This document shows, piece by piece, positions 10,844 through 23,509 of a stretch of 64,000 nt of DNA. A model generated the notes under the pieces. It had not been told where the DNA came from. It did not search any database and saw only the letters and a program-made list of their open reading frames with translations. This DNA is from the human T2T-CHM13v2.0 reference genome, Homo sapiens: the NCBI RefSeq assembly GCF_009914755.1, contig NC_060933.1; one strand, 5' to 3'. Position 1 is the stretch's first letter. Each line of letters starts with the position of its first letter. Made by a program: the position numbers and the translations under genes.

Positions 10844-12831
10844 CTAGGAAGAAAAGGAAGCGGGAGAGCCAGAGGGAAGGAGGCTTTGTGCAGCCACGTG
10901 CAGCGTGCGGCAACCGGACTCCCACTCCCACCCACCACGGGCCTCCACTGCCCTGGCCCAGGGTCCTGCCAGGCCTCCCTCCCTGCCCTTCCCACCACCC
11001 GTCCCTTGCAGTTCGGCCCAGATAACATCCTGCTTCTGCAGGCCCCTGCGCACGTGTTCCCCTCTGCCGGTTCCCATAGCCTGCAAGTGAGGAGACGCTA
11101 CACGCTCGGCCTCCGCCACTTCCCAGACCACACCTGTCCCAAACCACCCAGCACTCCACTTCCAAAACGGAGCATGCAGCTCTCACCTGGAGGCCTTTCT
11201 CCGCACAGTGCTGCCTGTGTGCCCCTCCCCCCACTGCTGCCCCTCTGCCCTTTCCTGAGGGTGCACCTGAGGCCCACTACCTACAGAGCCCCGGCCACCT
11301 GGGTGCTATGGACAGTGGGCCTTAGGTGCACCTTCAGGAAAGGGCAGAGGGGCAGCAATGAATTTCCACTGCACTTCAGGTACACTGGCCCTTTCCGGAC
11401 TACAAATCCCTTCAAGATCTCCAAAACTCGTTTCTGAAGTGACATGTGCTCACTTCCAGGCCCAACAGGCATCCGTCATGCAGAAGCTGCGGCGCACGGC
11501 GCCTCCTAGCTCTCGGAGCCCCTGCGACCCGACTTGCTGACACCTGGCCACCCTCACAGAGCTTCCAGAAGTGAATGTAAACACAACCACGTTTGTCTGG
11601 GGGACTTGAGACGTGCCTGAAATCAAGAGATGCCCTACTCGGGCCAGTCACTGACTGCGTGCTTATCCGGCCAACCGGCAGCAGGTGCTGCACACGAAGC
11701 CAGAGGGGACAAGCACAGACCAGTGGCACCTTGGTCAGAAGCTGCCAGAGCTTCATGTAGGACTGTCAAATAAGGCGCCAGCCCTGGGCAGAAGACCCCA
11801 GGCACATCTCCGAGGGGCCTCCCAGGAGCTTGGGTCTCAATGCACAGGCTGGAGGTGGGACTGGAGTGGGAATCTCAGGAGTGACAATCACACTGGGCTG
11901 TAAGGCCCCTTTCTGTTGCAGTCTCATGACTGGGGTAGTGGGGGCACATGCGGGCTGGGGCCACAGGTAGCAGCAGGGGCTCCAGGTCCAGGCAGGCCTG
12001 GCGAGGGTCCTGGTCCCACTGCCTCAGAGCCGAGGGCTCGGGGAAAGCACAGGGAGCTCTGTGGGCGGCGGCGATGCAGAGGCTGCCAGGGCGGAGAGAC
12101 GGAGAAGCTGCGCTGACCGAGGGAACAAACCCCGCAGACACACAGCGCCTTCGTCACATGACCCCGGCCCCGGCAGTCAGGCTCAGGGCAAAGAAAAACC
12201 AATTTCTTTAGTGCTTCAGCTGTAATATGTTTTTCTAACACAGTGGATTAAATAAAAACCAATAGTTTAGTGGCATTTTCTATTCATCTCTATTAAGATT
12301 TCTCAGTGGAATTATTTTTAAGCCTAATTTTAATCTGCCACTGATTTAGGAACAGTTTGAAGTACTTAACTCTGAGAAAATACATGTGCCCTATTTAATT
12401 ATTTTTTTTTAACAAAACAAAGCACTTTGAGAGGTTTGGTTTACGTTTGGACAACAGATTTCCATACTACTAAAATTCCTCATCAAAAATTAATTACGTT
12501 CCAAGCTTTCCAGAGTCAAAAACATCTTCAGAGTCTAACGGGCTACCAGTGGGTACCGATGGGGGAAGAAAGAGCCACACCCATTTCCACGGGGTCGAAG
12601 AGCCCCCGGAGTGAGAGAAGCATCTAGAAAGCCGGGGACAGAAGCAGCCTGGGAAAGGCTGCAGCTCTGGCAGCTCTCAGCCACCCAAGTCCTGATCCCG
12701 TCAGCACAGTGGGTGGCACGAGGCCGCAAAGCTCAGGGACAAGCCCCACGGCAGCCGTGCCGTCCTTGCTGTCCCAGGACCAGGGCCTCCCTCCGCCCGT
12801 GCTGAGCCCCCCATGCCCAGGGGCTTCTCAC

Positions 12832-13020
12832 CTGCCAGGCGGCCGTTCACCATATTATGCTTCTTCCACAGCCAGAGGATGGCTTGGTCTGGGGTTTTCA
12901 CCGAGTCCATGGATTCTTTAGCCATTTCCTCAAAGTGCTCACCACATTCCTTACACCCAAAGAAGGTGTGAACGTACCTCCTCATTGTCTGCAGCACAGC
13001 CTGGGGGTCGTCTTCAAAGC
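12832..13020 (-). CDS. QSOX2: QSOX2 exon 11 (Erv CKEC redox motif)
   Basis: [29 protein letters not shown]...HNMVNGRLA; 189 nt; CAG| and G|GTGAGA. Confidence 0.96.
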
Positions 13021-14811
13021 CTGCAGGGGAAGAAACACTGCTGACAACGGCAGGTGCGTGGGCATCACCTGACCCCACGCTTGTCCAGAGAGCCTGGGGG
13101 GAAACCGCTCCTGACATGTCGGGAAGCCACCTCATGTCTCCCCAGGGGCCTCAGGCTGTGGGCACAGACCAGAAGCCAGCACCTGCCAAGATGTCCAACA
13201 CGCCCACGGGTGCTGCAGGCTCTGGAGACACAATGACTGTGGACAGCCCAGAGGGCGGACATGCTCCCCAGATGCCCTGGTGCCAGGAGGATGAGCCACG
13301 GACTCGGCCGCCAGGGCCCAAAGGAGCCCTTCCAGGGGCGCCTCCCACCTCCCACCAGTCTTCCAGCCGTCTGTGCCAGAACGCCCGGAGTGCCGCTCTT
13401 CCCCGGGATTTGCCAGCTGGGTGCAGTCTCTCTTGCCTTACAAGCAACTCTCAGGGGCTGGTACCAGGGCAATGACTCTGCTCATTCTAAACCTGCAGCT
13501 GTCGCGTTTGAAAGCCCTGCAGGACACCAGCCCAAGTGGGGACACGGCCTTAGGAAGTGACTCTTAAGCTGCCGCCAGCCACGGGCGTGAGGATGTGGAG
13601 CAGGTGGGCAGGCACAGGGACGGGTGCACCCACAGCCAGAGTTTGTGCCACCGAACGTATTAACAGACATGGACAGGCCGGGGCGCTTCCGCAGATACTG
13701 TGAATGAACAACACACATCTCAAGAAAGCAACACCTGCCCACAGGTGGCAGGAAGCAGCCAGCACCGCAACCAAGGGGAACCCCTGAGAAAACCAAGGGG
13801 GCAGCATGGGGCGGGGCTCGGCAGTCCCCACTCAGACGACTGACACAGGAGCTTGAACGCACAGATAGGAGACCCATGAGATTAAAACAGATTACATGTC
13901 AGCATTAAAAAAAGACATGCTTTCGCGAATGAATCCGTCTTCATCGACAGCAGGCCCTGGGGGAGCTTCCCGCGTGAGTGCAGGCCTGACGCTTGTCGTG
14001 GCTCCCTGCAAAACACAGCTGCGTGCAGGCCCTGACCTCAGCGTCCTGGTCGGTCCCAAATCCCGACACTTCTTGTTTATTTCACCCAGAAAGGTGAGAG
14101 CAGAGCAGAGCAGACCACCTCCTCCTCAGCCTTGAGCGTGTCCACGGGCAGCTGGGCGGTGTCTCAGATGGGACCGCAGGCGCTGGCCCTGTGACCCGGC
14201 CCGTCTGCCCTGCTCTCCTGCCGGGAGGGCTCCACAGACATCTGCCTTGCATCTCCACGTAATCCCCCTCCTCTTCCCCACATCACCGCAGGCGCGGGGC
14301 CACCCTAATCTTTAAAGTGGACAAGAACCATAAACCTCTACCTGTGGGAGGATTAGAGGCCTTCACAGGCATTTTACTAGATAGGGCTTAAACATACAGT
14401 AAAGAGAAGAAAAACCTTCCAAGACTTAATCCCGTGGTCGCCTCTGACCCAATTCTCTTGGCAGGAGGCTACTCCTGGAGGCTGCTTCCAATATGCTGAT
14501 GGGCGGAAGGAGCGCTGAGGGTCTTGCTAGCAGTGTGCTTTGCCATCACACTGCTCTTACAATTCCACTACACTAGGGCTGGTCCTAGAAGAGTTTAAAA
14601 TCAAATACCCCGGTCACTCAACTTCTCCCCTTGGCCAACACTGTACCCACACTGCCTTCAAGGAGCCGTTCCTCATGCCTGCGTGTGCCCGTGTGATCAG
14701 AGCAGACGGAAAGGGGGATGGCATGTCAGCTCATCTCCTCACCAGAACTTTCCATGTGTAAACGTGAGGTTTCCTAACTCAGGCTCACGCTTCAGAAGCA
14801 GTTTTGTTGTG

Positions 14812-14922
14812 TTTTTTTTTTTTTTTTTTTTTTGAGACAGTCTTGCTGTTGCCCAGGCTGGAGTGCAGTGGCATGATCTTGGCTCACTGCAACCTCCAGT
14901 GCTGGGATTACAGGTGTGAGCC
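14812..14922 (-). mobile_element. Internally deleted Alu
   Basis: Poly-T, then gagacagtcttgctgttgcccaggctggagtgcagtgg...gcaacctcc joined directly to agtgctgggattacaggtgtgagcc. Confidence 0.85.
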
Positions 14923-15249
14923 TTGTGCACAGCTCAGAATCAGATTTACATGGTCTGGCTGGGCATTCGGTCGGAATCAGGTTTGCATGGTCTAGCTGGG
15001 CATTAGATCAGGCAGTGTGGATGCTGTGATTTCAATTTCTGTTTGGACAGCTCCCAAGGTTTCTCCCCAAAAACATACTACTCTTTTTTTCTGTATGATT
15101 ATGAAAAGGATTTGAGGTTAAAACCCACCCTCTCCCCCAACCAGACCCCCGAGAAGCAGTAATCCAATATCACCTTGAGGAGGGCCAAAACAGATTTTCA
15201 GAAGGCCACTATAGTGCCCCCATCCCGGGACACTCTCCCATTAACAGGT

Positions 15250-15600
15250 GGAATCTATTTCTCTCACCACGAATTTAGGCTGGGTCAACAGGATGCGGCA
15301 GAAGTAATAATATGTGACTCCACACTGAGGTGGACTCTCAGGGGGTCCTGCCTGAACCTGGTGCTACTTGGTGGGGAAGCCACGTTCAGGAGTACGAGGC
15401 ATTCCAAGGTCCCCTGGACTGACCAGCTGCCACCAGACGAAGGCAGACACACACGAGTGAGCCCAAGCAGCAACTCACAGAAGAACCGCCCAGCCGAGCC
15501 CAGCCCAAACTGCTGATCCACAGCATGATAAGCAAACAGTGGTGGCTGCTTTAAGCCCCAGCATTTTAGGTTAGTTTGTTATGTGGCAAAAAATAACCGT
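15250..15600 (+). mobile_element. MLT1-type (ERVL-MaLR) LTR fragment
   Basis: Ends in gctttaagcc...ttttagg...tttgttatgtggcaa...ataac, typical of an MLT1 3' end; left boundary approximate. Confidence 0.6.
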
Positions 15601-15856
15601 AAAGGAATTTGAGAATCTTACTGGAAAGAGCGTTGAACTGTGTGAGTCAAGACTCCACTTCGGCTTTGAAGTAAACATTAATGAACCTGAATTACTGCTT
15701 CAACTGGGAAGCACACACACAACAAAATTCAGGGGGGATAAAAAATCCAATACATACTTTAGTGTTCTGTGAAGGACAGAAAATTTGTTTTTATCTATTT
15801 CCTAGTAATTGAAAATTATTAAATCCAACTTCGAAGTTTTATAGGTTTTAACCCCT

Positions 15857-16379
15857 TGTGGTGGGCAGCCTCTGCGACGGTCCCCACAGATCACACCACC
15901 TATACTCACGCCTCCTGTAATGTCCTCCCCTTGCGAGTGGCCTGGGCCTGGGGACTGACTAGTAAGCAGAATCTGACAGAGGTGATGGAATATCATCCTC
16001 GGATAGGCACCCTCTCACTGGCTTGCTGATGAGGCTTGCTGCCATGATGTGAGCCGCCCGATGGAGAGGCCCTGAGCGTGGCCTGCAGTCAACAGCCAGC
16101 ATGGAGCTCAGGGCCTTAGGCAAGCCACGTGCAAGGAGGCAGGCCCTGCTCTCTGCCCCATGAGGGTGCTGGGAAGCCACTCTCCCCAGGTGGGCCTTGG
16201 GTGACCCCCCAGGCCCAGCTGACACTCCGACTGCAGCCTGACCAATCCTGAAGAAGAGGACCCAGATGAGGCCATGCCCGGCCCTCAGAAACCATGAGCT
16301 CATAACCGTGCGTGGTTCCCGTGGTTCTGGCTGCTAAATTTTGGGGTGATTTGTTATACAACAGCTGATAATGAGAACA
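15857..16379 (+). mobile_element. MLT1-type (ERVL-MaLR) LTR
   Basis: Starts tgtggtgggcagcctct...; ends gctaaattttggggtgatttgttatacaacag...aaca. Confidence 0.7.
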
Positions 16380-16721
16380 CCTCTCCAAACAGATTTCACT
16401 TATTCTGTCTTTTTAAAGCAAAAAACAGGGAGTTTACACTGCAGGGAAACTCCCAGCCAGCACTCTTTCTTCTTTATGGTTTATTTCCTGCACGTTAGCC
16501 ATGCACATCCTTGCGAGTTCTGACAAGGGGAACTCGTGCCCCCGCAGCCACAGCCCTGGGTGAGCTGACCGTGTGAGAGGAGTCTGAAGTGCCATTCCCC
16601 TGCCTCAGTGGCCTGGCGACATGCTGCCTCCCATACAGCAGTACATGCCTTTGCACACACCGGCTGGGTTAACTTGTTAGGCAGACCATCGGCCCCTCTG
16701 GCCTGTATGGGCACAGCTTAC

Positions 16722-16872
16722 CTGTGCCAACCAGTGCATCTGGGTGGGTCGAGGCTTCAACAGTCAAAGTGTGGAACAGTTTCCAGAGAGAACACGGGTA
16801 ACCCCTCAACTCAGATCGGCTTCCTTGACATCCAACCCACTTTATGTGATTAGTAAGGAATATTCCAGAAAT
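16722..16872 (-). CDS. QSOX2: QSOX2 exon 10
   Basis: [38 protein letters not shown]...; 151 nt; TTTTCAG| and G|GTAAGC. Confidence 0.96.
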
Positions 16873-18167
16873 CTGAAAAACAAACAAACAAAAAAACCCC
16901 AAAGAATAAAAGATAATTGTTGAAATTAAAAACAGTCGACAGCTGCCTTCTTGACTGGGGGGGGTGGATAATGGGGGTGTGGTTTACTGAAGCTGTATCA
17001 ACTGTACACATAAGATCTGTGCCTCCTACCATATGCAAATTTAAATTCAATAAAACAAAAGAGAGGAAATGGTCTCCTTTACTAAAGGAGCTCTCAAGCC
17101 AATCTCTGAAGAGACAGTTCTTCTGTATCTTGATAAACCAGTAATATTAAGCATAAAATGTATCCACCTTTTCTTTTAAATTAGAATTAGTTGTAAGGAC
17201 AGTATTAAGAGAAAAGGCAACTAACAACAGAAAAAAGCTCAACTGTCAAATAATTCTTGGCCAGAACAAACAAGGTGTGTTCACTTTGAAAAAGCAATAG
17301 GGTGGCCATCAGAGTGGGTGACTGCTGGACTGGGAGGGCTGAGAGCCCCAGGCAGATTCCGCTGGGTTTGGTTTCGTGTCTCATCAACCTTTTCCTCCCT
17401 AAGGACTCCTGAGCCCAGGACGTGCTCTCGAGGGAGATGTCACACGTCGCAGTCACGTGAGAGTGCTCCCATGACCTCGAGCTCGGAGTAGAGTCAAGGT
17501 GGAAGACAGACTCAGGCAAGAAGCCCGGCACCGTCTGCTTCTCAGCTGCAGCCAGCAAATGACAAAGCTGGCAAAATCACGGCACGACAAGTGCACCTTA
17601 CAGGATTCCCAGAAGATCTGCTGTGTGCACTGACCACGCGGGCGTCGGACAAGCAGCACGCTGGGTTTACTGCCCGCGAGTAAACACTCTGGGGGCCACA
17701 GAGAAGCTGCTGATCTGGACTAAGGAGGGAATGGCAGGACGGAGTGCCAGGACCTCTTGGGGTGCTGGTCCCCTGAGCAAAGACTGGCACCTGCTGGCAC
17801 CTGGTCTTGGGGAAAGCTCTGGAAAGGCTGCCACACTTACTGAATACATCAGTTTTCGTCAGATTGGCTTACTAAAAATTTAAAAAGCCCAACTACTACG
17901 TTGCTTGAGAAAACCCCATTTTGTCCAAAGGACAGGTGGTCACAGTGCACTTTTGGTGAGCTGTCCTTAAACTGAAGTCCCAGCATGACGCTGCCAAGGC
18001 AGACAGGAGGCCATGGCCATGATGCTGTCGTGGAGACAGTAAGTCACTGCTCCCCTTCCTCACAGCGGAGCCCGGGCCCCGAGCAGGGAGATGCACCAGC
18101 TAAGGGCAAGGGAAGGAAGGCGAGGGAAGGAGGGTGCAGCGTGGCTGGCGAGGGTTCTGGGGCTCAC

Positions 18168-18290
18168 CCGCATCTTGTTGTTGACCAGGTCAAGCACGGC
18201 GTTGTAGGGGATCCTGTCCAGGGGAAGGCTGGCCAGCCACTCCTGCAGCATCTCCAACAGCTTCTTGACTGGCGGCCGTCCAGGGAACAG
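18168..18290 (-). CDS. QSOX2: QSOX2 exon 9
   Basis: [19 protein letters not shown]...NNKMR; 123 nt; CGG|GTGAGC donor. Confidence 0.95.
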
Positions 18291-20246
18291 CTGCATGAGG
18301 AAGGAGCCACCTGAGAGCTACAGACCCAAACCCGGGCCCGCCCCCACCGCGGGGGGCACCGCACCTCCAAAGAGAAGCACTCCATCCGCAGAGGGGCTGA
18401 ACCTAGGATGGGGCCTCTCATAACTCGGGTTTCTCTGATGGGAGGCAGGAAACCCAAGGGGCCATGGGGTGGGCATCTAGCCTGCGCCTCTCCCCAGGAC
18501 AGCCTGTGCCCACGGCCATGCCTTTCTCCAGCCCGTGCCTGCAGCTCACCCACCTGCGCCCACGGCCTCGCTCCGGCCAGGTGACAGGCAAGGTCACGGT
18601 GTGTGACTCATCATGGAGCTGGCGGGGGCTTGCTGATTTATTCTGCCTTCCTCACGAGGAGCTGTGCTGACCCCGCCTGCCCGCCCGCTGGGCTTCCCCT
18701 CTGCCGTCACTGACTGTATGAAGGGCGCGCGGCAGTGCACATGCGCCGGCAGCCGGGGCTAACTGCCTATGGGCTTGTGTGGGCCGTGAGGCTGGCCGAC
18801 ATCAACACAGCTTGGGGAGGCGTCTGGCTGAGAAGATCCCAGGGCTCTGTCTTTTTAGGAGAAACTCTGATCAGCTGCTGCACCACAAACTGTGCAAAAC
18901 ATAGGCTGCCGAAAGAGCTCCGAAAACCCGAGCTGAAATCTCACGGGTGGCAATGCCAGACCAGAAACACCAGCCACCAAAAGAGTTCCTCAAACCCGAG
19001 CTGAAGCTCACAGGTGGCGATGCCAGACCAGAAACGCCGGCATCTTCAGCTCAGTCCAATATATTTTCTCCCGTGCAGGTTAAAAAGTACCATGATTAAT
19101 TTACCAGAATCAAATTTATTTTAGACATCCAAGTAAACTTCAGAAAAATATTAAGAATAACTTATTAATACCCTGGCCTCAGGAGTTGCCCAGAGCACAA
19201 GTGTAAAAGCTCCAAGCCTAACTAGACTAAGGGGAAGACGGAGAAGCCGGGAGAGGAGAGCAGGTCTGCCTAGCGACAGCTGTGCGACTCCAGCGAATTA
19301 GCTGGCCGGCGGCCACCACCACTAAGAGCCACACTGTCCTCCACTAATATGATGGACAGATTAGCAGGACACTTTCTTAAAGGAAATGAGGCCAGCTAGA
19401 GATTTCTGAACTCTGGATGGCACCGTGGGGGAAAAAGCTGCCTGGGCAATGTTCATGCATTCATCTGAGGCACCTCCAGTCCTTCAAGATTTCCTGTACT
19501 TTTCACAAATCACTTTGTAAGTAAACTCTATCCAAAGTGCTCACTATAAATTATTCTATCATGCATCTTATTTTTGGCAAGATAAATATTTTAAGCCTAA
19601 GCCTTCTTGTCATTTAGACAGTAACAAGCAACCGAGCTCATGGAGTTACACCTGGCCACCTCCCTGGCTGGTCCTCTTCAGCCTGACCCTGGGCACGGCC
19701 AGGCCTGAGCTCTGTTGGGTGGCATCTCTGCCCGCTCCTGGCGACCCCCTCAGTGGTCTCAGACACCACATCTGTGCTGGTGATGGTGCTGAGCGTGAAG
19801 CTCCCAGGACCCCTCCCTGAACCTGGCTGGTGGGGCAGATGCACACCCCACCTGGATCTGCACAGCCCTTGCCTCTCCCTCTCTCTCTCCCCCCAGCCCC
19901 CGTGCAGCGCTCCTCTGAGAGCCAGCTGAGGTGTGTGTGGGCCTCCGCTCCCTCCTCCATCTACTCTCCAGGCAGCCAGAGCTGGGCTTTTCCAGCAGGT
20001 GCTCGGCTCACGCCCCCGCCCCTCTCTACACCCACCGCCCCAGCCCCAGTGCTGGGAACAGCAGTGGACGCAGGAGGCACTCGGGAAATGGGTGGAATGA
20101 GTTGGGGCGTGGGCCTGGGCGACAAAGCAAGGTGGAGAGCACCTCAGCGGAGCTGGCGGAGCCCCCGCAGTGTCCGACGCCCCCCAGGGCCCACTCTGTG
20201 CAGAGCCAAATTCCCACATGCAGCCCAGACCAGCACCGTCCCAAAC

Positions 20247-20376
20247 CTTGGCCAAGACAGTCACAAAGTCCTTGAGCGTCTTCAGCTCTGCTCCGGCCAG
20301 GGACTTGTGGGCTGCCAGCTCCACCCGCAGGAGGTAGTGTAGCCCTGACTCCAGGTCCACCGTGTACAGCTTCGAC
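20247..20376 (-). CDS. QSOX2: QSOX2 exon 8
   Basis: SKLYTVDLESGLHYLLRVELAAHK...TVLAK; 130 nt; CCTAG| and AAG|GTTTGG. Confidence 0.95.
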
Positions 20377-20597
20377 CTAGGACGGGATATGGCAGCGTCA
20401 GGGAATGCCCAACCTTTCCCTCCACAGCAAGTCTCCCTGTCCTGGCTCCTCCCCACGGACTCCCAGGGCCCCTGGGAGGGCTCCTGAGCGGCCCTCACTG
20501 GCTGGGGTGGGTTTCTGAGTAAACCCGCCCTGCAAGCACGCAGCCTTCGGTCTACACGCACTGTCTCCGGGGGCTTCAGTTCAAGAGGAACACTTGC

Positions 20598-20732
20598 TTG
20601 TCAAATTCTCTCCAAACCACGATTTCTGAATTTTCTTCTTTGTGTGGCTTTTCAGGCAAGGGAAGCGATTTTTTCCTCACATCCGGCAATGACTTCAAAT
20701 AAGACGAAAAGAAGGCCCGCAGAGGCTTCACG
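20598..20732 (-). CDS. QSOX2: QSOX2 exon 7 (GC donor)
   Basis: VKPLRAFFSSYLKSLPDVRKKSLPLPEKPHKEENSEIVVWREFDK; 135 nt; frame is kept only with the AA|GCAAGT donor. Not in the ORF track. Confidence 0.92.
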
Positions 20733-21573
20733 CTGTGAGAGAGGGGAGGGCAAAGGTGAGAAGAGCCTCCTTTATAAAATCCTAAAGTAGGAGCCGTGGC
20801 ATTCAGGACAGCTCTGGGCCACCCCTTTCATCCTTTGGGCATTTATTGGGGCATGGGAGTCAGTGGGAACAGCTGACACCCCGCCTGGGCTCCGGCTGCG
20901 CTTCCACCTGGGGGATAAGAGGAGACACACCAAATCCACAGATTTACAACCAGTTCCAGTTGTAATAAGTACTATGACTCATTTATGTTTGTGGGGACCT
21001 TAAGGCGTTTTGTAAAGCTGGGTTGAGCATCTGCCAAGATGAGCTTTATTCTGACTGCGATTTCCAACACGCCTAAGAGCCTTCACCGACGCGCCCACAA
21101 TCTGCCAGCCCTGAGTGAGGCATCTGGAAGTCGGGGCCTGGGGTGGACGTCAGCCCCTCCCTGATGTCAGGCCCCTGAGCTCCCTGCGTGCCCACCCTGT
21201 GTGGACAGGGTGGAGCTGAGCCCCCTGTGTGCCCACGCTGTGTGGACAGGGTGGAGCTGCCTTCTGAGGACACCCTCAATGCCATTATTGAGCACTTCAG
21301 TGTGACGTGGAGCTTGTTTCCAAAGACAGAATGTAGCAGTGCTATTTGCAAAAACATTAAAATATCTATAAAAATATTAACATTATTTGACACTAAGAAG
21401 TTGTCTAGATGATACTTTTAACACTAAACAAACATCTGGGAGTGGTTCAGGCCGCTCTGCCAAGTGCAGTGCTGTGCCCCAGGCCTGGAATGGGCCACCT
21501 CGTTGGCAGAGCCAGGCCCCCAAGCACTCAGAGCATCTCCCAACAAGCTCAATGGCCTCTGTGGTTACCCTGA

Positions 21574-21888
<315 letters not shown>

Positions 21889-22277
21889 TCTTTTTCAAAA
21901 GGAAAGAAAAATACTTAAGAAACTGCGGTGTTCTGGGCTTCTGTAAGGCGCCCTCTATGCCCCAGTCGATCTTTGAGGAGGCTGAACTGGAAGCCCCAAG
22001 AGACAGGAAACACGTCCTATCTTCTCACTGCTGTGTCCCTGCACCTCGGAGCCCGGCGTGGTGAGTCACCAAGAGCCGCAGAGTCAACCGTGGCTAAACC
22101 AGCACATGCTGGAAGCCTGCAGGTGCTGCAACTTCAGGCCAGGGGAAGGGGCCACCCAGTGTAGGGCAGGCTAGCCTCACGCTGTCCTTCTCCTCACGCT
22201 GTCCTTCTCCCCAAGGTGAGGAGGAGCGGGGCCCCTCCAGCCTCAGGACGTTACTTAACTTTCTCAACCATTTTTCA

Positions 22278-22530
22278 TTTTCTTTCTTTTTTTTTTGAGA
22301 TGGAGTCTGACTCTGTCGCCCAGGCTGGAGTGCGGTGACAGGATCTCAGCTCATTGCAGCCTTGACCTTTGAGGCTCAAGTGATCCTCCCACCTCAGCCT
22401 CCTGAGTAGCTGGGACTACAGTGGCACACCACCAGACCTGGCTAGTCTTTTTTTTAGTATAGATGGGGTCTTACTATGTTGCCCAGGCTGGTCTGGAACT
22501 CCTAGACTCAAATGATTCACCTGTGCCCAG
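22278..22530 (-). mobile_element. Alu (AluJ-like, 5'-truncated)
   Basis: Poly-T, gagatggagtct...caggctggagtgc...gtagctgggactaca. Confidence 0.88.
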
Positions 22531-22587
22531 CCTCATTTTTCTCACTGTTCTTTTTCTAACCTGATTCAAGTTGTTTACTTTTTCATT

Positions 22588-22871
22588 GGGCTTATCCGAG
22601 GGGCACACAGGCACTCCACGCAGAGGCAAAGGGCTTATCCTCATGAGGGGCACACAGGCACTCCACACAGAGGCAAAGGGCTTATCCTCATGAGGGGCAC
22701 ACAGGCACTCCACGCAGGGGCGAAGGGCTTATCCTCATGAGGGGCACACGGGCACCCCACGCAGGGGCAAAGGGCTTATCCTCATGAGGGGCACACAGGC
22801 ACCCCACGCAGGGGCGAAGGGCTTATCCTCATGAGGGGCACACGGGCACCCCACGCAGAGGCAAAGGGCTT
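22588..22871. repeat. 47-bp minisatellite (~6 copies), QSOX2 intron 6
   Basis: gggcttatcctcatgaggggcacacaggcactccacgcagaggcaaa recurs at 22631, 22678, 22725 and onward. Confidence 0.92.
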
Positions 22872-23363
22872 GCCAAGGTTCTGCAGTTCTTAGAGAAAGA
22901 GCAGAACGTGAGGGGCAGGGCCTGGTGCCCACCCCTACTTCTCATTCTGCAGAGGTGGGCACGTGGGCTTGTCTGCCAGCCCCAGACACAGACCCAAACT
23001 GCATCCCAAGAGTCCACCCAGAGCAGGGTTTTAGGAGCATCGGCTGCTCCCAAAGCCCCGGCCCAGCAGCCCTCATGCATGTGCTGGTTTAGCCACGGTT
23101 TCCTCTGCGACTCTTGGTAAGTCACCACGCCAGGCTCCTCCTAGGTGCGGGGACACAGCAGTGAGAAAACAGAAATCCACGAAAACACAGCACAGATCAG
23201 CAATACCCACGGGCTGAGAGCCAGGGCCCAAATCTGCCCAGGGAAGCGAGGCGGAGGGGCCAGGGCTCCCCCGATCTCACACCAGACTTGCACTGTCTAC
23301 TCGGAGCCTCTGTCCGGTAACTCCGAGCGGCACGGAGTTCCCAGACCCCACCCGGGCACTCAC

Positions 23364-23509
23364 ACGTTAATCAATCCATGCGACCCATTTGGGTAGATCA
23401 GGTAACACGAAGGGACTGAAGAAACACCAAGTTTCTCCAGAAATGCTTTGTCCCCGTCCAGTGCTCGGGTCACCACGATGCTTTCATACGGGATCAGGTC
23501 TAAGATCAC
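23364..23509 (-). CDS. QSOX2: QSOX2 exon 6
   Basis: [49 protein letters not shown]; 146 nt; GT|GTGAGT donor. Confidence 0.95.

Noticed and set aside
19638-20561. 307-aa ORF
   Set aside because: Only 20247-20376 is QSOX2 exon 8; the rest is flanking intron open by chance.
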